Shown here: one piece after another, positions 28,937-39,062 of the stretch
Numbering within the stretch: position 1 is the first letter of the stretch
Layout: each line of letters starts with the position of its first letter
Assembly: GCA_903930255.1 (NCBI GenBank)
Contig: CAIYYA010000036.1
Location: 6,981-70,980 of the forward strand
Length of the DNA: 64,000 nucleotides
Source of the DNA: an uncultured beta proteobacterium
Lineage (GTDB): Bacteria > Pseudomonadota > Gammaproteobacteria > Burkholderiales > Burkholderiaceae_C
Direction of reading: 5' to 3'
The notes under the pieces: model-generated
What the model was told of the DNA's origin: nothing
What the model saw: the letters and a program-made list of their open reading frames with translations, nothing else
Database searches by the model: none
Position numbers and translations under genes: made by a program

Positions 28937-29913
28937 TGAGCAACACACAAAGCCTGCTGCAACGCAAGGGCAGCTGGAAACTCTGGGAATACCCGCTGTG
29001 GCTTTTGGCTTTGGCCTCGCCCCTGCTGCTGGGTAGCCACGCACTCATCATCAACGAGATCGCCATCGTGGCGCTGTTTGCCCTGTCGCTTGATCTGATT
29101 CTGGGCTACACCGGCATCGTGTCGTTGGGGCATGCAGCCTTTTTTGGCATGGGCGCCTATTCGGCTGCACTGTTTGCCAAACTGGTCATGCCAGATCCGC
29201 TGGTCGGGCTTGCTGTGGGTGTAGTTATAGCTACGTTATTGGGAGCGCTTTGCAGTGCCACCATTTTGCGTGGAACCGATTTGACGCGCCTGATGGTGAC
29301 GCTTGGAGTCGGCCTTATTTTGATGGAGTTGGCCAACAAGCTTGATTGGCTCACTGGCGGCGCCGATGGTCTGCAAGGCGTGGTGATGGGGCCGCTGCTC
29401 GGTCAGTTTGAGTTTGACTTGAACGGGCGCACCGCGGCTTGGTACTCCCTGAGCGTGCTGCTACTGGTGTTTGTGCTGGCGCGCCGGTTTGTCAATTCAC
29501 CTTTTGGCGCCACGCTGAAAGCGATCCGCGACAACCGGCTGCGTGCCATGGCCATCGGCATACCGGTGAACAGCCGCCTGGCGGTGGTTTACACGGTGGC
29601 GGCAGGGCTGTCGGGGGCTGCCGGTGCCCTGCTGGCGCAAACCACCGGCTTTGCGTCACTCGATGTGTTTGAGTTTCACCGCTCGGCCGACGTGATGCTG
29701 ATTTTGGTCATCGGTGGAGTTGGCTGGCTCTATGGTGGTGTTACCGGAGCGATTGTGTTCAAGCTGATGCAAGACACGATTTCCAGCATCACGCCGCAAT
29801 ACTGGACTTTTTGGATTGGTCTGTTTCTGGTGGTGCTGGTGCTGGTGGGTCGCGAACGCCTGATTCGCCCCTGGACTTGGTTCAAACCCAGCGCTGGCGG
29901 GAGCAAACCATGA
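28936..29913 (+). CDS. livM: Liv-type ABC permease (LivM-like)
   Basis: GYTGIVSLGHAAFFG, SPFG..LKAIRDN. Confidence 0.88.
   Translation: MSNTQSLLQRKGSWKLWEYPLWLLALASPLLLGSHALIINEIAIVALFALSLDLILGYTGIVSLGHAAFFGMGAYSAALFAKLVMPDPLVGLAVGVVIATLLGALCSATILRGTDLTRLMVTLGVGLILMELANKLDWLTGGADGLQGVVMGPLLGQFEFDLNGRTAAWYSLSVLLLVFVLARRFVNSPFGATLKAIRDNRLRAMAIGIPVNSRLAVVYTVAAGLSGAAGALLAQTTGFASLDVFEFHRSADVMLILVIGGVGWLYGGVTGAIVFKLMQDTISSITPQYWTFWIGLFLVVLVLVGRERLIRPWTWFKPSAGGSKP
29208..29246 (-). repeat. Degenerate family A element within a LivM transmembrane helix
   Basis: gcttgctgt-N12-agctac-N9-agc, same spacing and frame as the copy at 26698-26736. Confidence 0.45.
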
Positions 29914-30710
29914 CAGAGATCGTTTTATCAGCCAAAGAGCTGGTCATGAAGTTTGGCGGTATCACTGCCACCAACAAGGTGACGCTGGATCTGAAAAAAG
30001 GTGCGCGCCACGCGCTGATTGGCCCCAACGGGGCGGGCAAAACCACGCTGATCAATTTACTTACCGGCGTGCTGCAACCCACTTCGGGCAGCATCAGACT
30101 TGAGGGACAGGACATCACCCTGCTTGCACCCTACCAGCGCGTGCGCCGTGGCATGGTGCGCACGTTCCAAATCAACCAACTCTTTGACACGCTGACGCCA
30201 CTCGAAACTCTGGCTATGACGGTGTCGCAGCAGCAGGGGCTGGGTGGTAAATGGTGGCAGGCGCTGGGCGTGCAAAAGCGCGTCAATGAGCGCTGCGAGC
30301 AGCTGCTCGAACAATTTCATCTGACGGCGGTGATGGCGCAGGAAACCCGTGTTCTGGCTTACGGCAAGCGCCGTCTGCTCGAAATTGCGATTGCGCTGGC
30401 GTGTGAGCCGCGCGTGCTGTTGCTCGACGAGCCGGTGGCTGGCGTGCCCGCTGGCGAGCGCGAAGAGCTGCTGCAAACCGTTGCTGCGCTGCCTGCTGAT
30501 GTGTCTGTGCTCTTGATCGAACACGACATGGATCTGGTGTTCAGCTTTGCCAAACGCATGACGGTGCTGGTGAATGGCACAGTGCTGACCGAAGGCGACC
30601 CCGACACCATTGCCAATGACCCGCTAGTCAAGGCGGTGTACCTGGGCCATGGCGATGAGATCAATGATGCCGTTGCCAGCGCCGCAGAGGAAGGAAATCA
30701 GCATGGCTGA
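29910..30710 (+). CDS. livG: ABC ATP-binding protein (LivG-like)
   Basis: GPNGAGKT, RTFQ, LLLDEP, IEHDM. Confidence 0.9.
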   Translation: MTEIVLSAKELVMKFGGITATNKVTLDLKKGARHALIGPNGAGKTTLINLLTGVLQPTSGSIRLEGQDITLLAPYQRVRRGMVRTFQINQLFDTLTPLETLAMTVSQQQGLGGKWWQALGVQKRVNERCEQLLEQFHLTAVMAQETRVLAYGKRRLLEIAIALACEPRVLLLDEPVAGVPAGEREELLQTVAALPADVSVLLIEHDMDLVFSFAKRMTVLVNGTVLTEGDPDTIANDPLVKAVYLGHGDEINDAVASAAEEGNQHG

Positions 30711-31428
30711 GCTCTTGAAAGTAAGCGATTTGAGCGCTGGCTACGGTGAAGCGGTGGTGCTGCACGATGTATCGCTCAGCTTGGACGAAGGTCAAACGCT
30801 GGCCTTGCTCGGCCGCAATGGCACGGGCAAAACCACGCTGATTAACACACTGGCTGGCGCCACCCGCCAACACCACGGCAGTATCGCGCTGGGTAGCACA
30901 GCACTGCACAAATTGCCTTCGCACGAACGCGCCGCAGCGGGCATTGGCTGGGTGCCGCAAGAACGCAATATTTTTAAATCACTCAGCGTGCACGAGAATC
31001 TGACTGCGGTGCAGCGCCCTGCACGCGCTGGGCGTGCGTCGCCCCCCTGGACACCCGCGCGGGTGTACGAACTGTTTCCCCGACTGGCCGAACGCAAAAG
31101 CAATCTGGGCACACAACTCTCGGGGGGCGAGCAGCAAATGCTGGCGCTTGGGCGTGCGCTGGTGCTCAACCCCACGCTGCTGCTGCTGGATGAGCCTTGC
31201 GAGGGGCTGGCTCCGATCATCGTGCAAGAGTTGCTGCGTGCGATTCGGCGCATTACTCGCGACGAAGGGCTTTCGGCCATCATCGTTGAACAGCATCCGC
31301 AAGCGATTCTGGCGATCTCGGACGCAGCCGCTGTGCTGGACCACGGCACGGTGGTGTATGCGGGCACGGCGCACAGTTTGCAAGCGCAACCGGAGTTGCT
31401 GAACAAGTTGCTGGGGGTTGCCCGTTAA
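30703..31428 (+). CDS. livF: ABC ATP-binding protein (LivF-like)
   Basis: GRNGTGKT, LSGGEQQML, LLLDEP.EGLAP. Confidence 0.9.
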   Translation: MAELLKVSDLSAGYGEAVVLHDVSLSLDEGQTLALLGRNGTGKTTLINTLAGATRQHHGSIALGSTALHKLPSHERAAAGIGWVPQERNIFKSLSVHENLTAVQRPARAGRASPPWTPARVYELFPRLAERKSNLGTQLSGGEQQMLALGRALVLNPTLLLLDEPCEGLAPIIVQELLRAIRRITRDEGLSAIIVEQHPQAILAISDAAAVLDHGTVVYAGTAHSLQAQPELLNKLLGVAR

Positions 31429-31437
31429 ACCACAGAA

Positions 31438-31500
31438 TACTATCAATTAAATAGCTTCTTACGCATGCTGCATAAGCGCCAGAGGTTGTTTTACATCACA
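31438..31500 (+). repeat. Family A element (intergenic)
   Basis: actat caattaa atagc ttcttacgc atgctgcat aagcgccag aggttg. Confidence 0.75.
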
Positions 31501-31518
31501 ATTATTAAGAGGTTCCAA

Positions 31519-32103
31519 TTGGTCAAAGCAAGCATTCAGATCATTCACGACGAACACACCACGCTGGCCGCCATGTTGCGCTCTCTGGGCATGATGGTGG
31601 CGCGCGGACCAGGCACCGATGCGCAAACCTATTTTGAGGTGGTGCGTGCCATGCTGTTTTATATCGACGAGTTTCCCGAGCGGTTGCACCACCCCAAAGA
31701 GACTGAGCTGCTTTTCCCACCGGTGGCGCGCCTGGCGCCAGAGACCGCCGAGGTGATCGCCCGGCTCGACCAAGACCACACCAAAGGCGAGGCGGGCGTG
31801 CGCGAATTGCAACACCTGCTGCTGGCCTGGGAACTGCTCGGTGAATCGCGTCGTGAGGCGTTTGAGAACAAGACCAAACGGTATCTGGGGTTTTACCTGG
31901 AACATATGCGCCTGGAAGAAACGGTGATTCTGCCTGCTGCCCTGCGGGTATTGAGCGAAGACGACTGGCGCGAACTCGATGCAGCATTTGCCACCAATTG
32001 CGACCCACTCACCGGCAAATACCCGCGCGACCCCATTTATGAGCGACTCTTCACCCGCATCGTCTCGCAAGCACCAGCACCCATCGGCTTGGGCGAGGGC
32101 TGA
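31519..32103 (+). CDS. Hemerythrin/HHE cation-binding domain protein
   Basis: IHDEH, HHPKE..LLFP, DH, HMRLEE. TTG start after AAGAGG; the ORF could start at 31465. Confidence 0.85.
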   Translation: MVKASIQIIHDEHTTLAAMLRSLGMMVARGPGTDAQTYFEVVRAMLFYIDEFPERLHHPKETELLFPPVARLAPETAEVIARLDQDHTKGEAGVRELQHLLLAWELLGESRREAFENKTKRYLGFYLEHMRLEETVILPAALRVLSEDDWRELDAAFATNCDPLTGKYPRDPIYERLFTRIVSQAPAPIGLGEG

Positions 32104-32236
32104 TTCCGTTTCCAGATCAATCCGACATGTTGTTGCTTCGCCTTGCCCTCCCACAGGCATCGCCAGATGACTTGGGACACACGTTTGTACTGTCTGCGGC
32201 TTCGCGCCTAATGTCGTATCGATCTGGAATCGGAAT
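32103..32236. repeat. MITE/REPIN-like element with 26 bp terminal inverted repeats
   Basis: attccgtttccagatcaatccgacat (32103-32128) vs atgtcgtatcgatctggaatcggaat (32211-32236), 3 mismatches. Confidence 0.75.
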
Positions 32237-32246
32237 GAGTTGTCAG

Positions 32247-33227
32247 TTAAGCGGGTAATGCAACCCCTGCCGCGTCAAAGAGCCCTTCAAACAGGATCGA
32301 GCTCAAATAGCGCTCACCCGAGTCGGGCAGGATCACCACAATGGTTTTGCCTGCGTTCTCGGGGCGTTTGGCCAGACGTACCGCAACCGCTGTAGCCGCG
32401 CCACACGAGATGCCGGCCAAGATGCCTTCCTCACGCGCCAGTCGACGGGCGAAGTCAACGGCTTCTTCATTACTCACCTGTTCCACCGCATCGACCAGCG
32501 ACAAGTCGAGCACATCGGGCACAAACCCTGCGCCAATGCCTTGAATCTTGTGCGGGCCGGGCTTGATCTCTTCGCCAGCACGAGCCTGCGTCAGCACCGG
32601 GCTGGCCGCTGGCTCCACCGCCACAGAAAGAATGGCTTTGCCTTGGGTCTGTTTGAGGTAGCGCGAAATGCCGGTGATGGTGCCACCGGTGCCTACGCCT
32701 GATACCAGAATGTCGATTTGGCCATCGGTATCTTGCCAAATTTCCGGGCCCGTGGTGGCTTCATGAATGGCCGGGTTGGCCGGGTTTTTAAATTGTTGCA
32801 GCAACACATATTTGGGGTCACTGGCGGCAATTTCTTCAGCCTTGGCAATCGCACCCTTCATGCCCTTGGCACCTTCGGTGAGCACCAGTTTGGCGCCATA
32901 AGCCAGCAGCAATTTGCGCCGCTCAATGCTCATGGTGTCGGGCATGGTCAAGGTGATCGGAATACCGCGCGCAGCCGCCACAAACGCCAATGCGATGCCA
33001 GTGTTGCCGCTGGTGGGTTCAACAATTTCTTTGCCGGCACCCAGTACGCCACGCTTTTCGGCATCCCACACCAGCGCCGCACCAATGCGGCATTTGACCG
33101 AGTAGGCCGGGTTGCGCCCTTCGATTTTGGCCAGCACGGTAGCGCCTGCGCCGTCTGTAACGCGGTTGAGTTTGACCAACGGTGTGCGTCCGATGGAGAG
33201 TGAGTTGTCAGCATAAAAATGGGTCAT
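32247..33227 (-). CDS. cysK: Cysteine synthase A
   Basis: [37 protein letters not shown]. Confidence 0.95.
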   Translation of the reverse strand: MTHFYADNSLSIGRTPLVKLNRVTDGAGATVLAKIEGRNPAYSVKCRIGAALVWDAEKRGVLGAGKEIVEPTSGNTGIALAFVAAARGIPITLTMPDTMSIERRKLLLAYGAKLVLTEGAKGMKGAIAKAEEIAASDPKYVLLQQFKNPANPAIHEATTGPEIWQDTDGQIDILVSGVGTGGTITGISRYLKQTQGKAILSVAVEPAASPVLTQARAGEEIKPGPHKIQGIGAGFVPDVLDLSLVDAVEQVSNEEAVDFARRLAREEGILAGISCGAATAVAVRLAKRPENAGKTIVVILPDSGERYLSSILFEGLFDAAGVALPA

Positions 33228-33318
33228 GGCAAGTCCTGGTCGGTAGGCGTTGAAACAGCGCGAACTGTAGCGAATATTTTTGTGAATGCAAACTGTCAAA
33301 TGCTTAGTTGTCTCGGAT

Positions 33319-33449
33319 TATTGCTCCGGCCCGATCAAGTTTGAACCTTTCGCTCTGAGCTTGGCCGGTCGTGAGCTTGACGAACGGTCGAAGGGTTTCG
33401 ACAGGCTCAGCCCGAATGGAACTTAAAACATCATGGGGCCGGATCAATA
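33319..33449. repeat. Composite REPIN-like element: 19 bp outer inverted repeats around a nested family B palindrome
   Basis: tattgctccggcccgatca ... tcatggggccggatcaata; the inner part matches 17718-17792. Confidence 0.8.
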
Positions 33450-33475
33450 GTCGATTGATCGCAGATGAGCTGCCA

Positions 33476-34168
33476 TTAGCCGGGATAGCTGCGCTCGCCA
33501 AAAATGGCCGAGCCCACGCGCACCAGGGTGCTACCGCTGGCGATGGCGGCTTCGAGGTCGGCGCTCATGCCCATCGACAGGGTGTCGAGCCCCAATCCGT
33601 TCAGATTTAATGTGTCAAATAGGGCTCTGACGCTTGTAAACACTGCGCAAGCAGCTGCAAAATCAGGAGCTGGCTCTGGAATGCACATGAGGCCGCGCAA
33701 GCGCATGCGGGGCATGCTGGCGACCGCCTGGGCGAGTGCCAGCACTTCGCTGGGTGGAACGCCGGATTTGCTGCTGCCGCCATCTGCATTGACCTGAATG
33801 CACACTTGCAATGCCGGCAGATGCGCTGGGCGCTGCTCGCTCAGACGTTGGGCAATCTTCAGCCGGTCGATCGTGTGCACCCAGGCAAAATGTTCGGCGA
33901 CCAGTCGACTTTTGTTGCTTTGAATCGGACCGATGCAATGCCATTCGATTGGCAGGTGCTGCAAGTCAGTGATTTTTTGCACGGCTTCCTGAATGTAGTT
34001 TTCACCAAAAGCGCTTTGTCCGGCTGCGTAGGCAAGCGATACGACTGCGCTGCTGAATGTTTTGGATACCGCGAGCAGGCGCACGTCGGAGGCAGGGCGT
34101 TTGGCGGCCTGACATGCGACTTGAATGCGCTCTTGAACGAGTTGAAGTTGCGACTCAATTTTGGTCAT
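33476..34168 (-). CDS. yggS: PLP homeostasis protein YggS
   Basis: LLAVSKT, FGENYIQE, WHCIGPIQSNK, LSMGMS.D, VRVGSAIFG. Confidence 0.95.
   Translation of the reverse strand: MTKIESQLQLVQERIQVACQAAKRPASDVRLLAVSKTFSSAVVSLAYAAGQSAFGENYIQEAVQKITDLQHLPIEWHCIGPIQSNKSRLVAEHFAWVHTIDRLKIAQRLSEQRPAHLPALQVCIQVNADGGSSKSGVPPSEVLALAQAVASMPRMRLRGLMCIPEPAPDFAAACAVFTSVRALFDTLNLNGLGLDTLSMGMSADLEAAIASGSTLVRVGSAIFGERSYPG
33606..33670 (-). repeat. Family A element in-frame in yggS
   Basis: gctcc tgatttt gcagc tgcttgcgc agtgtttac aagcgtcag agccctatttg. Confidence 0.65.
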
Positions 34169-34202
34169 AATGGCATGAGCGTAACAAATAATCGGGAAAC
34201 TT

Positions 34203-35246
34203 GTGGATATCACCCAGCTGCTGGCCTTTAGCGTCAAAAATAAAGCTTCTGACTTGCATTTGTCGGCCGGATTGCCACCCATGATTCGGGTGCATGGCGA
34301 TGTGCGGCGTATCAATGTGGAGGCTCTCGACCACAAGCAGGTGCATGCCATGGTGTATGACATCATGAATGATTCGCAGCGCAAGCATTACGAAGAATTT
34401 TTGGAGATTGATTTTTCGTTTGAAATTGAGGGCTTGGCGCGTTTTCGGGTGAATGCTTTTAACCAGAATCGTGGTTCAGGCGCTGTGTTTCGGACGATCC
34501 CAAGCAAAATCCTGTCGCTCGAGCAACTCAACTGCCCCAAGATTTTTGCTGAATTGGCCATGAAGCCGCGCGGCATGGTGTTGGTCACAGGGCCTACCGG
34601 CTCGGGTAAATCGACCACCTTGGCAGCCATGGTGAACTACCTCAATGAGAACGAATTTGGCCACATTCTGACGGTCGAAGATCCGATCGAGTTTGTTCAT
34701 GAATCCAAAAAATGCCTGATCAACCAGCGCGAGGTGGGGCCGCACACAAAAAGCTTTGCCTCCGCTCTGAAGTCGGCTCTGCGCGAAGACCCAGACGCGA
34801 TTTTGGTCGGCGAAATGCGTGATTTGGAAACTATCCGGCTGGCCATGACCGCCGCAGAAACTGGCCATTTGGTGTTTGGTACGCTGCACACCAGTAGCGC
34901 CGCCAAGACCATTGACCGGATCATTGATGTGTTTCCTTCCGAAGAAAAAGAAATGATTCGCGCCATGTTGAGTGAGTCTTTGCAGGCCGTGATTTCACAA
35001 ACCCTGTGCAAAACCAAAGACGGCCAAGGTCGTGTGGCGGCACACGAAATCATGCTGGGTACCAACGCCATTCGCAACTTGATTCGTGAGGCCAAGGTGG
35101 CGCAGATGTATTCAAGTATTCAAACCGGCAATAGTGTGGGTATGCAAACGCTTGATCAGAATCTGACCGATCTGGTGCGGCGCAACATCATCTCACCGGC
35201 AGAGGCGCGCACCAAGGCCAAAATCCCCGAAAACTTCCCAGGTTGA
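34203..35246 (+). CDS. pilT: Type IV pilus retraction ATPase PilT
   Basis: GPTGSGKST, ALREDPD, GTLHT, AIRNLIRE. Confidence 0.97.
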   Translation: MDITQLLAFSVKNKASDLHLSAGLPPMIRVHGDVRRINVEALDHKQVHAMVYDIMNDSQRKHYEEFLEIDFSFEIEGLARFRVNAFNQNRGSGAVFRTIPSKILSLEQLNCPKIFAELAMKPRGMVLVTGPTGSGKSTTLAAMVNYLNENEFGHILTVEDPIEFVHESKKCLINQREVGPHTKSFASALKSALREDPDAILVGEMRDLETIRLAMTAAETGHLVFGTLHTSSAAKTIDRIIDVFPSEEKEMIRAMLSESLQAVISQTLCKTKDGQGRVAAHEIMLGTNAIRNLIREAKVAQMYSSIQTGNSVGMQTLDQNLTDLVRRNIISPAEARTKAKIPENFPG

Positions 35247-35250
35247 AGCC

Positions 35251-36387
35251 ATGGAACGCGATCAAGCCACCACTTTTATCACCGATTTGCTCAAGCTCAT
35301 GATTGGGCGCGGCGGCAGTGATTTGTTCATTACCGCCGAGTTTCCGCCGGCCATCAAGGTTGATGGCAAGGTCACCAAGGTGTCGCCGCAACCGCTCAAC
35401 GGCGGTCACACGATGGCCTTGGCACGCTCCATCATGAGCGATAAGCAAGTGGCCGAGTTTGAGCGCACCAAAGAATGCAACTTCGCCATTGCGCCACCCA
35501 ATCTGGGGCGTTTTCGGGTGAATGCGTTCATGCAGCAAAGCCGTGTTGGCATGGTGCTGCGCACGATCCCAAGCATCTTGCCTAACATCGACAAGATGGG
35601 CTTGCCGCAGATTCTCAAAGATATTGTGAATTCAAAGCGCGGTCTGTGCATCATGGTGGGGGCAACTGGTTCGGGCAAATCGACCACTCTGGCAGCCATG
35701 ATTGACTGGCGCAACGAGTCCACCTTTGGCCACATCATCACGATCGAAGACCCGATCGAGTTCGTGCATGCGCATAAAAACTGTGTGGTAACGCAGCGTG
35801 AAGTGGGTATCGACACCGACAGTTGGGATGCTGCTTTGAAAAACACCTTGCGCCAGGCACCCGATGTGATTTTGATGGGTGAAATCCGCGACCGCGAAAC
35901 CATGGAACACGCCGTGTCTTTTGCTGAAACAGGTCATTTGTGCGTGGCAACTTTGCACGCCAACAGTGCCAATCAGGCGCTCGATCGGGTGATTAATTTT
36001 TTTCCAGAAGAGCGGCGATCGCAGTTGCTGATGGATTTGTCGTTGAATCTGAAGGCGCTGGTGTCGCAGCGACTGATTCCTAAGCAAGACGGCAAAGGGC
36101 GCGCAGCTGTGGTCGAGATCATGCTGAACTCACCGTTGATCTCGGATTTGATCTTTAAGGGCGAGGTTGCCGAGATCAAGGAAGTCATGAAGAAAAGCCG
36201 CAACATCGGCATGCAAACGTTTGACCAAGCCTTGTTCGATGCTTATGAGCGCCATTTGATTTCTTACGAAGATGCCTTGCGTAATGCCGATTCAGTGAAC
36301 GACTTGCGTTTGCAATTCAAACTCAACAGTCAACGCAACAAGAGCCAGGATTTAAGTGCCGGCACTGAGCACTTGAGCATCGTTTAA
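35251..36387 (+). CDS. pilU: Type IV pilus ATPase PilU
   Basis: GATGSGKST, LRQAPD, TLHANSANQ; follows pilT. Confidence 0.95.
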   Translation: MERDQATTFITDLLKLMIGRGGSDLFITAEFPPAIKVDGKVTKVSPQPLNGGHTMALARSIMSDKQVAEFERTKECNFAIAPPNLGRFRVNAFMQQSRVGMVLRTIPSILPNIDKMGLPQILKDIVNSKRGLCIMVGATGSGKSTTLAAMIDWRNESTFGHIITIEDPIEFVHAHKNCVVTQREVGIDTDSWDAALKNTLRQAPDVILMGEIRDRETMEHAVSFAETGHLCVATLHANSANQALDRVINFFPEERRSQLLMDLSLNLKALVSQRLIPKQDGKGRAAVVEIMLNSPLISDLIFKGEVAEIKEVMKKSRNIGMQTFDQALFDAYERHLISYEDALRNADSVNDLRLQFKLNSQRNKSQDLSAGTEHLSIV

Positions 36388-36412
36388 ACCCGCATCGGAA
36401 ACTTTACCAACC

Positions 36413-37330
36413 ATGAGCAACAAAATTTACGAATCGGTGCCCTCACACCGTGTGGCCTTTTTGGGTTTGGGGGTGATGGGATATCCCATGGCTGGCCATT
36501 TGGCGCGTGCCGGGCATGCGGTCACGGTGTACAACCGCACTGCTGCAAAATCAGAAGCATGGTGTGCAGAGTACACAAGCGCTGGCGTGCTAAATCACGC
36601 AGTCAAATTGGCCAGCACGCCGAGGCTCGCGGTGTGCAATGCGGAGCTGGTTTTTTGTTGTGTTGGCAATGATGCCGATTTGCGTTCGGTGACTTTAGGC
36701 GCAGAAGGGGCGTTTGCCGGCATGCTGCAAAACGCCGTGTTTGTGGATCACACCACAGCATCGGCGGATATTGCGCGCGAACTCGCTGCCAAAGCGCAAG
36801 AGCTGGGTTTGCAGTTTGTCGATGCCCCAGTGTCGGGTGGGCAGGCTGGTGCGCAAAATGGCCTGCTAACAGTGATGTGCGGTGGCGATGCGGCGGCATT
36901 TGCGCGCGCTCAGCCGGTAGCGATGGCGTTTGCCAAAGCTGTCACCCACCTCGGTGACAGTGGCGCAGGTCAGTTGGCCAAAATGGTCAATCAGATTTGT
37001 ATCGCCGGTCTGGTGCAAGGGTTGAGTGAGGCCATTGCGTTTGGTGCCAAAGCAGGTTTAGACATGAATCTGGTGCTCGATGTGATCGGCAAGGGTGCTG
37101 CGCAAAGCTGGCAACTCGATAACCGCGGCAAAAGCATGGTGGCCGACAAGTTTGATTTTGGTTTTGCTGTGGATTGGATGCGCAAAGACTTGGGCTTGGT
37201 GCTCGATGAAGCCAAGCGCAACGGAGCCCGCTTGCCAATCACCGCGCTGATCGACCAGTTTTATGCCGATGTGCAAAGCATGGGTGGCAAGCGCTGGGAC
37301 ACCTCGAGCCTGATCAAACGCTTGCGCTGA
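36413..37330 (+). CDS. NAD(P)-dependent oxidoreductase, 3-hydroxyisobutyrate dehydrogenase family
   Basis: FLGLGVMG, DAPVSGG, KMVNQ. Confidence 0.92.
   Translation: MSNKIYESVPSHRVAFLGLGVMGYPMAGHLARAGHAVTVYNRTAAKSEAWCAEYTSAGVLNHAVKLASTPRLAVCNAELVFCCVGNDADLRSVTLGAEGAFAGMLQNAVFVDHTTASADIARELAAKAQELGLQFVDAPVSGGQAGAQNGLLTVMCGGDAAAFARAQPVAMAFAKAVTHLGDSGAGQLAKMVNQICIAGLVQGLSEAIAFGAKAGLDMNLVLDVIGKGAAQSWQLDNRGKSMVADKFDFGFAVDWMRKDLGLVLDEAKRNGARLPITALIDQFYADVQSMGGKRWDTSSLIKRLR
36542..36603 (+). repeat. Family A element in-frame in the oxidoreductase gene
   Basis: gctgc aaaatca gaagc atggtgtgc agagtacac aagcgctgg. Confidence 0.55.
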
Positions 37331-37337
37331 GCCGTTT

Positions 37338-37985
37338 TTATTTTTTAGCCGGAGTTGCAGCCGGAGCGGGTTGCGGCAGCATGTTGCGCAGATCATCTTC
37401 GCTGATGATCTCAAATACCCGAACCACTTTTTGTACGCCACTGGTTGTACGCGTGATCTCGGTAGCGCGGTCGGCTTCGCGCTGTGTGACACGGCCCATC
37501 AGATAAGTTGTGCCGCGCTCGGTGACTACCCTGAAAGCGTTCGCATACAAGTCTTTGGCATCGACCAAGCCCGCTTTGACCCGGCCAGATACCAGTGAAT
37601 CTGAAGAACGTTGGGTCAAGCTGGTATTGCCTGAAATCGCCAGCTCATTCACCACGGAGTGCACGTTTTCAACTCTGGATGCAATTTGCTCCACCAGTTG
37701 CTTGTCTTGCTCGTTGGGCACTTCACCCGACAGCAAAACCCGGCGGTTATAGCTGCTGATGTTGACGTGAACGCGCTCGCCCAAGTTGTCGCGCACCCGG
37801 CTGGCGGCGCGCAGCTCAATGCCCTCGTCTTCAAGTTGTGCGCCCGATGTGCGTCGGTCGGTGGCAACCAAAGCGCCGCCGAGCATGGCGCTACCCAGCA
37901 TCATTGGGACGCAGGCGCTGAGCGAGGCGACCAGGCTGGCGCTGATGAGCCCAAGTGTTAATAATCGGTTAAATTTGATGGTCAT
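37338..37985 (-). CDS. Dual BON-domain lipoprotein (YraP/DolP-like)
   Basis: Lipobox [15 protein letters not shown], two BON repeats. Confidence 0.9.
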   Translation of the reverse strand: MTIKFNRLLTLGLISASLVASLSACVPMMLGSAMLGGALVATDRRTSGAQLEDEGIELRAASRVRDNLGERVHVNISSYNRRVLLSGEVPNEQDKQLVEQIASRVENVHSVVNELAISGNTSLTQRSSDSLVSGRVKAGLVDAKDLYANAFRVVTERGTTYLMGRVTQREADRATEITRTTSGVQKVVRVFEIISEDDLRNMLPQPAPAATPAKK

Positions 37986-38581
37986 GAGGGGCTTTCCTGA
38001 TCGCCTAATAGTTGGCTGTCGACTGCATCGCATAAGCAATGCAGACTTAATAAATGAACTTCTTGAATGCGCGCCGTGCGGTCATGCGGCACGCAAATGT
38101 GAACATCCGTGTCGCGCAAAGCGGTGTTCATTTTTCCGCCAGAACGACCGCTCAGGCCAACCACGACCATCTCGCGCTCGTGTGCTGCTTCGATAGCACT
38201 GAGCACGTTGGCCGAGTTGCCGCTGGTGGATATGGCCACCAGCACGTCGCCTGTTTGACCCAATGCACGCACCTGGCGAGCAAAAATTACGTTGAAGTCG
38301 TAATCATTGGCCAGTGCGGTCATGATCGAGCTGTCGGTGGTGAGCGCAATGGCGGCCAAGCCCGGGCGCTCTTGCTCAAAGCGACCCACAAACTCTGCGG
38401 CAAAGTGCTGTGCGTCGGCAGCCGAACCGCCATTGCCACAAATCAGCACTTTTCCGCCGCTGGTCAGGCAGTTCAGTAAAGCCTGAGCGGCATCAGCAAT
38501 AGGGCGACTGAGCAGGGGGGCTGCCTGAAATTTCAGGTCGGCGCTCTCGATGAAATGTTGTTGAATGCGTTGTTCTAGCAT
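37982..38581 (-). CDS. gmhA: Phosphoheptose isomerase / SIS protein (GmhA/DiaA family)
   Basis: [26 protein letters not shown]. Confidence 0.88.
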   Translation of the reverse strand: MLEQRIQQHFIESADLKFQAAPLLSRPIADAAQALLNCLTSGGKVLICGNGGSAADAQHFAAEFVGRFEQERPGLAAIALTTDSSIMTALANDYDFNVIFARQVRALGQTGDVLVAISTSGNSANVLSAIEAAHEREMVVVGLSGRSGGKMNTALRDTDVHICVPHDRTARIQEVHLLSLHCLCDAVDSQLLGDQESPS

Positions 38582-38655
38582 GTGCGCGATGATACCCGGG
38601 TCACACGGTTCGCTGGTTTGATCCGGATTTGCCGTTGCAAAATGGGGTGGGCACG

Positions 38656-39027
38656 TTATGCCGCATCAAATGCCGCTTGCAGCCAGTGCAGCGCACCGGC
38701 CTCGATCGTGATGACATCGAATCGGCATGCGGGTAATTGGCGCTGTTGGGCCAGATAGTGGCGTGCGGCAAACACAATGCGTTGCTGTTTGCTCGCGCTA
38801 ACGCTGGCTGCAGCGCCACCGTGACTGGCCGATTGACGCTGGCGCACTTCAACAAACACACAGGTGCCGTCGGGTGCTCGCATGATCAAATCAATTTCGC
38901 CACCGCCACGTCCAGGGGTTCGATAATTGCGCGCCAGCAAGCGCAAGCCAGCATGCTGCAAATATGCCAGTGCTTTGTCCTCTGCAGCATCACCGAGTTG
39001 TTTGGTGGTGTTGGTTTTGACCTTCAA
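38656..39027 (-). CDS. yraN: YraN family endonuclease-like protein
   Basis: G..AE..A..YL, GEIDLIM, VFVEVR, CRFDV. Start uncertain (TTG 39027 or ATG 39063). Confidence 0.88.
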   Translation of the reverse strand: MKVKTNTTKQLGDAAEDKALAYLQHAGLRLLARNYRTPGRGGGEIDLIMRAPDGTCVFVEVRQRQSASHGGAAASVSASKQQRIVFAARHYLAQQRQLPACRFDVITIEAGALHWLQAAFDAA

Positions 39028-39062
39028 CTGACCTTCTTTTATTTTGCTTTGGGGAAACAGCA

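Noticed and set aside
34169-34384. N-terminal extension of yggS
   Set aside because: Overlaps pilT on the opposite strand; homology starts near 34168.
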